Source: Malacoraja senta
Taxonomy: Eukaryota
Length of the DNA stretch: 64,000 nt
Assembly (NCBI GenBank): GCA_038087875.1
Contig: JAXLNO010000128.1
Location: 1-64,000 of the forward strand
Direction: 5' to 3'
Shown here: in pieces, positions 48,860 through 61,054 of the stretch
Numbering within the stretch: position 1 is the first letter of the stretch
How the letters are laid out: the number at the start of each line of letters is the position of its first letter
The notes under the pieces: model-generated
Told to the model about the DNA's origin: nothing
Databases searched by the model: none
Seen by the model: only the letters and a program-made list of their open reading frames with translations
Program-made: the position numbers and the translations under genes

Positions 48860-50863
48860 GGTGCAAAAGTACTTTAAAAAAAATAAAAAATTGAGGTCAG
48901 GTAAGGGGGGGGTGATAGTTGAAGAGTTGGTATGTCCTATTTACGTGATGCTCAAAAAAAAAAAACATTTGTTTCTCTTTTTTTCTCTTTCTCTTTTCTT
49001 TTCTTAGGGCCTATTTCTTAACTCTTTTTCTTTTTGTTTTTAATTTCGCTCTTATAGGGTCTTCGTCCTTTTTTGTTGTTACATTTTCTACACTTTTCTA
49101 CACTTGCACTTTTTCCTTCACTTTCTTCTGTCTTTCAATCTTTTCTTTTTCTAGTGTAAAAAAAATAATAAAGGGAGTACATTAATTGTAAGAAGATATA
49201 AATGACGAGTATTAATGTATGTGGTTGTAATGTAATGTACTTCTAATAAATAAAAATAAAAAAAAATAAAAAATAAAAAAATCCCATAGAATACAAAGAG
49301 CACACCTTAATAAACGAAAAGAGTTGGGGGGTCTCGCGCTCCCTAACTTTATGTATTATAATTGGGCAGTAAATATTAAAAATATGATTCACCTGCTGGA
49401 CAATTCTGCCCAGCAGGCGGACTGGATTATAATGGAAAAAGGGGACTGCTCCCCGAGTAATATAGGAGCGATTATTCTCTCTCCAATAAATTTGAATAAT
49501 AAAAATTATAATAAAAATCCAATTATAAATAGCACAATTAGAACATGGAAACAAATAAAACAGAATCTAAAATTAAGAAACCTATCTCTCTCAATACCAA
49601 TAGTTAATAACCCATCGTTTAAACCTTCAACCATAGACAAATCATTTATACAATGGGAAAGAATGGGAATCAAAACGCTCGAAGATCTGTAAGAATTGGG
49701 AAAATTACTATCATTTCAACAACTACAACTGAAATATAATTTGAAAAATAATCAATATTTTAAATATCTACAAATTCGTGATTACCTGAAAAAATACACA
49801 AAAGACTATCATAATATGCCTTCCGACTTACTAGATGAAGCAATGAAGACAAAGGCGGAATCAGCTAATCTAATATTGTACTTATATAATATCATTTTAA
49901 ACATAGAAATACCCACAACAGATGGAATTAGAAGAGACTGGGAACAAGAATTAGCTATAAAAATTTCAAAAGAGAGCTGGGATAACCATTTACTACAGGT
50001 GCATAAATGTTCGATCAACGTACGACATACGCTCATCCAATTCAAAACATTACATAGACTATATTATTCAAAAACTAAATTAAATAAAATCTTTCCTAAT
50101 GTTTCACCAATCTGTGATAAATGTCTATGTCAAGAAGCTACCATAGCGCATTCTTTTGTTTTTTGTACAAAAATCCAAAAATTCTGGTATGAAATATTTG
50201 ATATTTTCTCAAAATTAATTAAAATAAAACTGGTACCAAAACCAGAATGGATCATTTTTGGAATATCGGAAGGTATCCCTGAATTAAACGTGTATCAGAA
50301 GAACTTATTCAATTACGGGCTAATAATGGGAAAAAAGCTCATACTTAAATTCTGGAAAAATGCGCCCACACCAACAATAAAAATGTGGACATCAAATATG
50401 TTGGAAACATTACATCTGGAAGAGATGAGATTCCTCTTAGCAGGTAAAGCAGACCAATTCCAAAAGACGTGGTCTACGTTTCTGGACCGATTACAATAGT
50501 AATTTAAAAAATAAATAAATAAAGAAATGGTATCAGGACCTGGTAATGGGAGGTAAAACAATAAAAAAACAGACTTGGTTGGTGGTTCCCTTTCTGCGAT
50601 TGTTCCTACTTTCTTTTTCTTTCTTTTCTAGGGTCTACTTTCTTACTTTACTTCCTTCTCTAACTTCTTTTCTAAGGGGCTTTCTTTTCACAACACTCTC
50701 TTGCACTTCACGACTCTTGCGCACTTTCTTTACTTTTCTTACTTCTATCTTTCTCTTAAAGCTCAAAAAAATGAAGCGGTACAAAAAATGTATTAAGATA
50801 TAAGTGTTGTGTATTACTGTAATTTACCGTACTTCTAATAAAAATAATTTTAAAAAAAATAAA

Positions 50864-51635
50864 AAAAACAAGGGGCAGATTATTATCTCAATGGGGTTAG
50901 GTTAGGTAAGGGGGGGGGGGTACAGCGAGACCTGGGTGTCCTTGTACACCGGTCACTGAAATTTGGCGTGCAGGTACAGCAGGCAGTGTAGAAAGCTAAT
51001 GGAATGTTGGCCTTCATAACAAGAGGATTTCAATATAGGAGTAAAAAGATTCTTCTGCAGTAGTATAGGGTTCTGGTGAGACCACATCTGGAGTATTGTG
51101 TACAGTTTTGGTTTCCTAATTTGAGGAAGGACATCCTTGTGATATAGGCAGTGCAGCGTAGGTTCACGAGATTGATCCCTGGGATGGCGGGACTGTCATA
51201 TGAGGAAAGATTGAAAAGACTAGGCTTGTATTCACTGGAGTTTAGAAGGATGAGGGGGTACTTATAGAAACATATAAAATTATAAAAGGACTGGACAAGC
51301 TAGATGCAGGAAATTATTTCCCAATGTTGGGCGAGTCCAGAACCAGTCTTAGAATAAAGGGGAGGTCATTTAAGATTGAGGTGAGAAAAAATGTTTTCAC
51401 CCACAGAGTTGTGAATTTATGGAATTCCCTGCCACAGAGGGCAGTGGAGGCCAAATCACTGGATGGATTTAAGAGAGAGTTAGATAGAGCTCTAGGGACT
51501 AGTGGAGTCATGGGATATGGGGAGAAGACAGGCACGGGTTATTGATAGGGGACGATCAGCCATGATCACAATGAATGGCGGTGCTGGCTCGAAGGGCCGA
51601 ATGGCCTCCTCCTGCACCTAATTTCTATGTTTCTA
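50864..51635 (+). mobile_element. CR1 LINE, 3' part (continuation of 37096-38582)
   Basis: RT C-terminus RVVNLWNSLP, 3' hairpin and tttctatgtttcta tail. Confidence 0.92.
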
Positions 51636-52850
51636 AACTTCAAGTTCTCTTAAATGTTCCTGTCCTGATGATGGAGGGCGGTAAAATGCCCCGATGTATG
51701 TAGGCTTTAGCCCCTTTATGTGAATGCTAACCCACAGCACCTCGCAGTTTGCATCAAGATCTTTTTCTTCAGTAGCAATATACAAGTTCCTAATAGCGAT
51801 GAATACACCCCCATGGGAGTCCCCTTCCCTGTCTTTTCTAAACACCTGGTAGAATGTTGGAAGGATTTCACCTACGGCAATGTCTTTGTTCTACCAAGAT
51901 TCTGTACCGATTATTATGTCTGGGTTTTCCTGGTCAATAAGAGCCTGGAATTCTGCTTTCTTTGCTCTAATGCTCTGGCAATTGAGATTAAGAATTGTTT
52001 AAGTTTCTTGTTTACTGAGACCAAACTTCATCCTCTTAGGCTATGATTTGGCCCTGGAGTTTTCATTACCACAATTTTTGCTTTTTTCAGACTTGTGCTG
52101 ATCATGATCTACTATCGGACTAGACGTCCTAGGGATTGGTGAAGCTGAGTCAAGACGAGGTACGACGTCAGCGTCTGCAGATATGTTGAGATATTCTAAG
52201 CTGTTTGCCAAATTAATGCTAGCCTGGCTAAAAAATGAAGAATCAAAATTGGGGAGTCCACAGTTGCAGCACACCCATGAGCACGACGGATGCTCGACAT
52301 GCACATTATAAATGTGTTCATTCATGCCAATACAGTTTCTGTGAAACCAAGAGTCACATCCCTCACATTCAATTGCCTGTTGACCATACTTTGCTGCCTT
52401 GTTGCATACCATGCACGGGTATTTGGGTTGGTAATGGCCGGGATTCAATGCTACGTCTCCAGCAAGCATGATAATTAAGAAAGTATAAGTCATTGGTCTT
52501 AAATTAATTTTAGTCAGGATCCTCCCTTCCATTGCTGTAGATCTACAAGATGACTGAATAAGAAATTGGAACCAGTCTTCGAAGGTGTTTTCCAGAAGTA
52601 AAGGTATAGTCCAGTGCACAGGAAAAGACTGGTCCAATATTTCCAGTAGTGGGTTGTTAGTCATTCTATTCAGAATCAGTAATGTGATTGCAATCCATGA
52701 TGTTTTAGTAGCTCAAACTGTACATGTGCCATGTTGCCATTTGTTGGGTTTCAGTGGTTGAATATCCAAGTCCCAATGTAGTGTTTAAAATACAAACAAC
52801 GACGAAAATTTACAAAATAGTAATACCTAACAGTCCACAATAAAATGCTA
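51636..52850 (-). mobile_element. CR1-group (Crack/Daphne-like) LINE, upstream half: 2A-like motif, PHD finger, APE N-terminus
   Basis: MLAGDVALNPG; CMVC..CEGC..HRNC..WVCCNC; FRKDR...HGGVFIAI, FYRPP. Joins in frame to 37095 (ELEV|SLSK). The 5' boundary is approximate. Confidence 0.85.
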
Positions 52851-52899
52851 ATATAATTGTACTATTTTCACGAAATTCTGTAAAATTCTATTCTGACTA

Positions 52900-53108
52900 C
52901 GAGTGCTGTTCGTACGGAGTTTGCACGTTCTTCCTGTGACCACGTGTTTTTTATCCGGGTGTTCCGGTATTCTCAAGCATTCCAAACACGTACAGGTTTG
53001 TCGGTTAATTAGCTTCTGTAAATTGTCCCGACTATGTAGCATAGAGATAGTCGTCGCTGGTTGTCACAGACTCATTGGACATAAGGGCCTATTTCCATGC
53101 TGTTTCTA
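52900..53108 (+). mobile_element. V-SINE (HE1-like), 5'-truncated
   Basis: gtacggagtttgcacgttcttcctgtgacc...ccgggtgttccgg...taaattgtccc. Confidence 0.75.
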
Positions 53109-53599
53109 GAGATACAGTTACATCTCTGGGTTTTAGATACAGAGATACAGAGAGAACTCAGAGAGAAGTAGGTGCATTTTAATGTGTTTTATTGGGAATC
53201 CGATTGCTACTGGTTAGGGCAGCATTTATTGCCCGTCCGTAATTGTCTGAGAAAAGTTGGAGTTAAAACATCCTCTTGAGCCGCTGTATTTTGGGTGGCA
53301 GTGTTGCACCATTTGCTGCAGTGTTTCGTTTAGATTAGTTTACAGATATAACTGGCCCTTCAGCCCACCAAGTCGACACCGACGTTGCTGAGGGAGAGGT
53401 CCCACTCCGCAGTAAGGTGAGGATCGTTGGATACTTTAGTGTGAACTTCACACTGTCCCAGTCCTGTTCTTTTCTATGTATTTTTATAGATTCAGCTTTT
53501 TGTGTCTATCTTTGAGTTCAACCAGCATCTGCATTTCCTTCCTACACTGTCTTTTCTATGTTCTATGTACTGAAGAAGATGTCAGAAAGCTCGCAGGGT

Positions 53600-54730
53600 G
53601 ATTAGATTAGATTAGATTATACCTTTAATAATCCTTTGCAGGAAATTACAGTGCCACGACAGCTTGAAGACAGACATAACACCACACATTTCCTCAAATA
53701 GCTTCCATACTTAACAAGTTAAAATACAAGTTAAAATACAAGTTAAAATACAATTAATGAAAAAAAAAAAAGTGCAGTTATTTATGCGCATTATATAACC
53801 ATATAGCAGCTGGTAAACAGGACTTCCTATGTCTCTCAGTTTTGCACATTGGTGCAATCAGTCTCTGACTGAAGATGCTGCTCTTGATCACCTTCAGGGC
53901 ATGGAGTGGGTGAGTGGGGTTGGTCATTATTGAACCCAGTTTGTTCAGAGTTCTGGCCTCTGCCACCTGCTGGACCGTTCGTTGCTCAGCCCCGACCACT
54001 GAGCCGGCCTTCCTGATCAGCTTGTCCAGCCTGTTTTTGTCCGCTATGCGGGCGCCATCTCCCCAACAGGCCACCGCAAAAAACAGAGCACTGGCCACCA
54101 CTGAATGGTAGACACTGCACAGTAGGGGTTGGCAGATGTTAAATGCCCTCAGCCTCCTTAAAAAATACAGTCGGCTTTGTCCCTTCCTGTACACCGCCTC
54201 CATATGACACTTCCAGTCCAGCTCACTGTCAAGCTGCACACCAAGGTACCTGTGGTTAGCGACCACCTCCACCTCAGTGCCCTTAATGGTGATTGGTGTT
54301 GCTTGAGTCCTCCTCCTCCCTCTCCTGAAGTCCACAACTATCTCCTTGGTTTTTGTGGTGTTAAGAAGGAGGTAATTGTGTGCACTCCACTCCACAAAGT
54401 TACTTATTATGTCTCTATACTCCTCCTCATTGCCCCCTTTAATGAGGCCGACAACAGCTGTGTCATCCGAAAATTTCTGCAAAAAGCAGCTGTTGGTATT
54501 ATATCGGAGATCCGCTGTGTAGATGGTAAACAGGAATGGAGCCAGCACAGTTCCTTGTGGAGCCCCTGTGCTGCTCAAGATGGTGCTTGAGACATTGTTG
54601 TTCTGTAGGCGCACGTACTGTGGTCTGAGGGAAAGGTAATCCAAACACCACAGTACCAGTGATGGATCCACTTTCATCTTCTCCATCTTCTCCACTAGCA
54701 GTCGGGGCTGAATTGTGTTGAAGGCGCTTG
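53600..54730 (-). mobile_element. Rex1/Babar-like non-LTR element, 5'-truncated, open 305-aa RT C-terminus
   Basis: STGAPQGTVLAPFLFTIYT, KFSDDT, KTKEIVVDFR, GQSRLYFLRRLR; (CTAAT)n tail at ~53600-53620. Confidence 0.88.
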
Positions 54731-55119
54731 ACGGTGCTGGTTACTCTTCAGATTGTACATATCCTCTCGGCCTTTTAGCAAAGAACAATTATAGTATCTG
54801 TTCTGATCAGTGAGCTGAGTCAGAGGTGGATCCATGCTGATTGGGGGACTTCATGATGTCCTTACATAAATAAAATGCTTCGTACAGAATACACTCTCCC
54901 ATGGACTGAAAAACAGAATATGAAAATCTATTAAGGAAACTGTCATGCTCTGCAAACATTAGCAGCTCACAGCATTCTCTGTTTCAGTTTCTCAGTAAAG
55001 TCTTTTTAAGTTCTACTTCAGATGTTTGCTGTGCATTTTAGCATTTCATAAACCTGGTTTTCGAAGTATGAATATGATAATCCAGCACAAAATCAATAAT
55101 TTGACATATTGTAAAAATT

Positions 55120-55216
55120 AGTGAGTCTGGGACTTGACCCGAAACATCACCCATTCCTTCTCTCCAGAGATGCTGCCGGTCCCGCTGTTTTATTTCAGGT
55201 TTTTGTGTCTATCTTC
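55120..55216 (+). mobile_element. Degenerate Penelope terminal-repeat fragment
   Basis: gacccgaaacatcacccattccttctctccagagatgctgcc. Confidence 0.65.
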
Positions 55217-55534
55217 GTAATAATTAGAGAATCAGTTGTTTGTATAATTTAATTTTGGTGTCAAAAATTGCAGCAGCTTCTTGTTCGGTTGGTGGGCTGA
55301 GGAATGGTTGATGGAATTTAATACAGAGAAATGTGAGATGCTGCACTTTGGGAGCACTAATGGGCAAAACCTACTTGTTGAACGGCAGGGCTCTGGGGAG
55401 TATTGCAGAGCTGATGAGTTTAGGAAGGCTCATTTTTTCACGCTAAGGGTGGTGGGGGTATAGAATAAGGTGCTAGAGGAGGTAGCTGAGTCAGGTACTA
55501 TTGCAACGTTTAAGAAACATTTAGACAGGTACAT

Positions 55535-56714
55535 AGAAACATAGAAACATAGAAAATAGGTGCAGGAGGAGGCCATTCGGCCCTTCGAGCCAGCACCGCC
55601 ATTCATTGTGATCATGGCTGATAGTCCCCTATCAATAACCCGTGCCTGCCTTCTCCCCATATCCCTTGACTCCACTAGCCCCCTAGAGCTCTATCTAACT
55701 CTATCTTAAATCCGTCCAGTGACTTGGCCTCCACTGCCCTCTGTGGCAGTGAATTCCATAAATTCACAACTCTCTGAGTGAAAAAGTTTTTTCTCTCCTC
55801 AGTCTTAAATGACCTCCCCTTTATTCTAAGACTGTGGCCCCTAGTTCTGGACTCGCCCAACCTTGGGAACATTTTTACTGCATCTAGCGTGTCCAGACTT
55901 TTATAATTTTATATGTTTCTATAAGATTCCCCCTCATCCTTCTAAACTCCAGTGAATACAAGCCCAGTCTTTTCAATCTTTCCTCATATGACAGTCCCGC
56001 CATCCCAGGGGTCAATCTCGTGAACCTACGCTGCACTGCCTCAATCACAAGGATGTCCTTCCTCAAATTAGGAGACCAAAATTGTACACAATACTCCAGA
56101 TTTGGTTTCACCAGAGCCCTATACAACTGCAGAAGAACCTCTTTACTCCAATACTGAAATCCTCTTGTAATGAAGGCCAACATTCCATTAGCTTTCTTCA
56201 CTGCCTGCTGTACCTGTAAGCCAACTTTCAGTGACTGGTGTACAAGGACGCCCAGGTCTCGCTGCACCTCCCCCTTACCTAACCTAACCCAATTGAGATA
56301 ATAATCTGCATCCCTTGTTTTTGCCGCCAAAGTGGATAACCTCACATTTATCTATATTATACTGCATCTGCCACGCATCTGCCCACTCACTGAACCTGTC
56401 CAGGTCACCCTGCAACCTCCTAACATCCTCTTCACAGTTCACACTGCCACCCAGCTTTGTGTCATTCGCAAACTTGCTAGTGTTGCTCCTAATTCCCTCT
56501 TCCAAATCATTAATATATATGGTAAACAGTTGCGGCCCCAACACCGAGCCTTGCGGCACTCCACTCGCCACTGCCTGCCATTCTGAAAAGGACCCGTTCA
56601 CTCCTACTCTTTGCTTCCGGTCTGCCAACCAATTTTCTATCCATGTCAACACCCGACCCCCATTACCATGTGCTCTAATTTTAGTCACCATTCTCCCGTG
56701 TGAGAGCTTATCAA
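55535..56714 (-). mobile_element. CR1 LINE, 5'-truncated, inserted in an older plus-strand CR1-like fragment (55275-55534 / 56715-56850)
   Basis: GVPQGSVLGP, FAND, (TTTCTATG)n tail; TSD AGGTACAT at 55527-55534 and 56715-56722. Confidence 0.9.
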
Positions 56715-57549
56715 AGGTACATGGATAGGAATCGGTTATATGGGCCATATGCAGGCAAGTGGGAGCAGTGTAGATGGGACATGTTTGCCGGTGTGGGAAA
56801 GCAGGGATGAAGAGCCTGTTTCCATGCTGCAAGATCCTATGACTACTCCATATAACGAGCTCCTGGAGGCATACCTAGGCAGCAGTCCTGGCTTGCCATC
56901 TGTGGAACCGGGGGAGCCCACCTGGAGTGGGTCCCCGGCTCGTTGTCTCCTTCTTGTACTAGAGGACCAGTAACTGGAGGGTGGAGAGAGCCGGCGATGG
57001 CAGTGGCCGCTGGAACAATGGGCCGGGAAAAGAACCTGGGGTCTTATCTCCTTGCCCTCATGGCCGGCTGTGGGAGCCACCCCCCCCCCCCCAACCCTCA
57101 ACCCTCACCCCTCCCCCTCTGGGCATGAAGGCACGAAGACTGAATACCGGAAGAGGAGAGAATGACAGTTCGCTGATTATCCGGATGGAGGCGACGGCTA
57201 CAACGGGCCTTTACAATTGAACTGACACAATGCTCAATTTACCCCTTCGGGAATGGCCAGGCCATTCATTACTCATCCCATCAGGAATAATGGTGGGATC
57301 TCACAAAACCACTCAAGCATGCTTCCAACAGGAAACTAGTTTATATGCAAGTCTTATAATTTTGAAAACTTATGGAAATCTTCAATATACTGTCCCTTCA
57401 ATATATCTGAAACATCAGGATTTCCAAAAAGGTAACAAATATCCAATGAGGGGAGATGAAATTGCTGTCTGATGCAGTAGCACCATCAAATAAAGTGAAC
57501 TTCACACCATCTCCCAAGAATGGACATGTAGAAAAAAATTACATTGGAA

Positions 57550-59645
57550 ATGTTTGGCCAAGTGAGGGACAAGGATGAAAGGGGTAAACATAATACATCT
57601 AGAAAATAATTTTTAACATTTGGCTCCAGAGAATATTGATGAACAAAAGAGGGACGACGCAGATTGGAGAATAGTGAAGTCCTTCTTTGACTCCCCAATA
57701 CACTGGTGGGAAGCTACCTTGGAGAGCATTCGAAGTTCTTCATCCTCAAAGATGTTCAGAAAGCAAGAGAGTGTCAACAGGAATTGTACCAATTCCTGAC
57801 AGACTTGCAGTATCTCATACTTTTGCATTTGAGAGGGACGAATGTGAGGGCGGAACTCCCAGAGGTGAAGTGCCAGCAGAGTTCCCAAGATCATGTTCTC
57901 ATCCAGAGTCTGCTCCATGGAGCAAGATGAGTCGCGCTCATGCTTCTCCTTGACAAAGGCTCACAAGAGTTCTGTGATCCACAGCCTTAAAAAAGTGACA
58001 GCTCGGTAACATTGTCACATACAAACACATTGAGGATCTGTAGATCCTTCTATAATGGTCTGTAAGTCAGAAAGACATAGACAGCACAGATTCCCAGAAC
58101 GCCCTGAGTATGGAGATCTTGGAGGACAGTAAGCTGAAGATTCTGGACCAACTAATGATCCTGGTGGATCTGACTGGCTCCACACATTCCTTTGATTTGT
58201 ATAAAATTCACGGAAGCGATGGTTTGCTGTCTGAGTTGTACTTGGCTCTGTGTGATTCGTTGGGCCAGGCCTGCTGGAAGTGTACAATGCTATGCTTCAG
58301 TATCTCAGACTCCTTGAGGAAGGGCATCATCATCCCCATATCCAAGCAGAATGGGGAGGAGGAGGATATTTGAATATCAGGGGTGTCTCTCGGTTCATCT
58401 AGGGATCAAAGATGGAGCGGGTCAAACGGGTCACGGTGCAGGTCCACAGACAAAGGTGGCAAAAGTGTATTTAACATCGCCCTCATCCTGAGGCCTACCT
58501 ACCTTCATGTGTGGCTGCATCAGGCTGTGCATAGAGCCAAAGCGTGTGAGCCCCTAGGGTCATTACCTGTTGAAGCGCTACCTGTCCAGTGTTGGGAAGG
58601 TTGGCCTGGCACTGATGCCGTGCAACATGTCGGTCAGCTGTCCATTGCCGTACCACTTGTCTTTGTGGACCAGGTCCTACAGATTAACACATTTGACAAG
58701 TCCATTTGGCAGTGGTCAGCACGGAACATCCTGTAGGCACTGCAAGACAAGGACTTGGTGGGTCCTGTGGCATAGTTCCCTGTACAGACTGCCCAACTTG
58801 TTTGGCAAAATGTCTAATCACCAGAACTCACCTATAAACGCCAGAACCTTCCCTTGCTGATGGTGAGAGGGACCTTCCAAGTCATATCCTTCCTGTACCA
58901 TCCGAGTCTGTCAAAAGATGCATGTTGCTGCTGGGATGGCTGCTACAGAGAGGATACGGTGATAAGGTCATGTGATATAAGCAGAATTAGGCCATTCAGC
59001 CCATCATGTCTATTCCACCATTCACTCATGGCGGCTCTCCGAACCCCATTCTCCTGCGTTCTCCCCATAACCTCTGACACCGAATATAAATTTAACAGTT
59101 GCCCACCTGTCTGCAGAGTGTGGAATTACAAAAAGGCACTGGAGACAATTCATTGTCATGGTTCATCCCAAACAGCTCCGTAACAGAGGACTATCTGATT
59201 TACGGATTGTTCCCAGGGATACGTTGATGTTCCCAGACAGACATCAAATGCTTCTGGAAGAAACATCAACATGATCAAAGATACTTATTCTTCCTCCCAA
59301 AACCTGTTGGTCTCCCAGCATAGCCTGATGTCCATCAGGGAATGTTGCCGATGGCCCATTCCAGACTATACAGGTATGTACTGAATGAGGGATGCACTGA
59401 AGCTTGGTGCAGCCAACACCACGGGTCTATGAGGGAGGACCATAGACTAGGGTCCTTCTACTTCTGGACATGAAGGCCAGTCCAGTGGAGATGCCTCTCA
59501 AACAAGGGATGGTGTATCACCCTTGGTGGCAACATGAGTGGCAAGGGTGTTTTGTTTAAAAATAGATGTGAGACAATGAGAATGTATGGAGAGTTCTTGC
59601 AGTTTATATTTTGTATATACTTTTATTATAAATAACGTTTATTTG
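57550..59645 (+). mobile_element. Highly degenerate Tx1/L1-like element fragments
   Basis: Remnant LRKGIIIPISKQNGE (cf. L1/Tx1 ORF2) and patchy C-terminal-like sequence; no long ORF. Confidence 0.5.
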
Positions 59646-59789
59646 TGGAAAACATCTATTAATCATATACTTTATGTTAATTTTGAAATACATTTTTTTT
59701 AAAGAATCCTAATAATGTAAATATTAGATATCTTAAATAATTCTGCTCCCGTCATTATTTGAAGACATGCATTTTCCTCTTCATTCTCC

Positions 59790-60142
59790 TTAGTTCCTCA
59801 CTATTTCTTCGTCCCGATGGACACGTGGCAACGTGTCGTCTCTCCAGAGTCCCAAGAACTGAATTGTGACCAGTAGCAGCGTAATATAAGTGTTCCAATG
59901 CAATTTTTGTGTATCTTCACTTTCTGCAGATGCGTTGTTTGTTGTATTTTGATCACGGTAACATTTTTCCTGCACTTCTTTCCTGCACTCCTGCACTGAT
60001 CTATCTCCAGTTTGTACAGGAATTCATGCTCCTTTATTCTGTCTTGGATCTCCTCACTCTCCACTTCATCACTCAGGAGGTGGGGGTGGTACATGTGATC
60101 ATTAAAATACACAGGTTGAAAAACTGCAGCACAGTTGGCGTC
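59790..60142 (-). other. Candidate exon of an unidentified gene or pseudogene
   Basis: Acceptor gttcacag| then an open non-repeat frame DANCAAVFQPVYFNDHMYHPHLLSDEVESEEIQDRIKEHEFLYKLEIDQC... Confidence 0.3.
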
Positions 60143-60279
60143 CTGTGAACGACAGCCAGACAAGATATTCAGAAGGTGCACGTATAATTAAAGTAGAAAC
60201 TACATTTGTACATCTATCAGATACTCATCTTCCAACCTTTTAATAGTATATGTAGGTGCCTTCCTGATCTACAATTGTC

Positions 60280-60725
60280 CTCAGACTCTTCCCGGCAGGC
60301 AGCAGGGAAGCTGAGGATGGAGCCTCGAGAAGCAGAGCCCGCGGCCGACAGAGTTGACGGAACCTGCGGCTGAGACCTGGGTCAGCGCCATGGAGGCGTC
60401 CGGAGATTACCTGGCAGCAATAGTGGAGAGGTCGGTAGATGGTGCCGACTGAGGATCGAGGACAGATCACGTGAGAGTGAAGGCACCGTTGCCGGAGGAA
60501 GGACAAAGGAGGACTCGGCGTGGGAGGACCGCCGGGAGTGATGGGGTAAAGAACAATGGAGGACCCAGCGTGGGGGTACCTGGCATGGGGGAGGGGGGGG
60601 GATGGGGAGAACAAAGGGGGACCTTTGTTGTGTACACTTTGTAGCTTTGTAAGCGCCCTTTATGTGGCGACTAGTTGCATATCTAGTTGCAAGCAAAGAA
60701 TTTTACTGTGACTTGTCATTCATTC
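60280..60725 (+). mobile_element. Unclassified short interspersed repeat (3' end also seen at ~17745-17895)
   Basis: Shared end aagcgccct...gactatttgcat...aagaatttcactgtgacttgtca followed by (CATT)n. Confidence 0.55.
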
Positions 60726-61054
60726 AGATATGTTTCACTGGAGGTGGCAAGTGAATAGCAATTAATGAGATCAGGACAATACAATCAGTGTAACAACATG
60801 AATTACTAGTGCAGAAACCATTTAGAAACGTATTTAGATTTCATGGGAATTTTGTCATCTATTTAAAGATAATTTAAAAAAATCATAGATGGCATGTCCC
60901 TGATGCATTATGATTAGTTAGTCCCAAGTTTGGACTTTAAAAATCTATATTACCATCAGCAAGAAAAGACGAAGGACTCTAAAGCCAGAGGGCAAGCATT
61001 GGCAGAGTGCTAATGATCATTAATCAGAATAAAGACATAGCAGCAATAAAATGA

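Larger units (their letters stand above)
42479..49277 (+). mobile_element. L1 family A, full-length, ORF2 interrupted by an L2 fragment
   Basis: 5' ttccggtggcg, ORF1, ORF2 at 44548-47181 + 47702-48859, poly(A) at ~49250-49280. Near-identical to 26356-32632. Confidence 0.96.
38583..50863 (+). mobile_element. L1 family B, 5'-truncated composite (own sequence at 38583-39852, ~42347-42482 and 49278-50863)
   Basis: ORF2 C-terminal sequence related to but distinct from L1-A, its own 3' UTR, AATAAA and poly(A). 15-bp TSD AAAAACAAGGGGCAG at 38568-38582 and 50864-50878. Confidence 0.9.
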
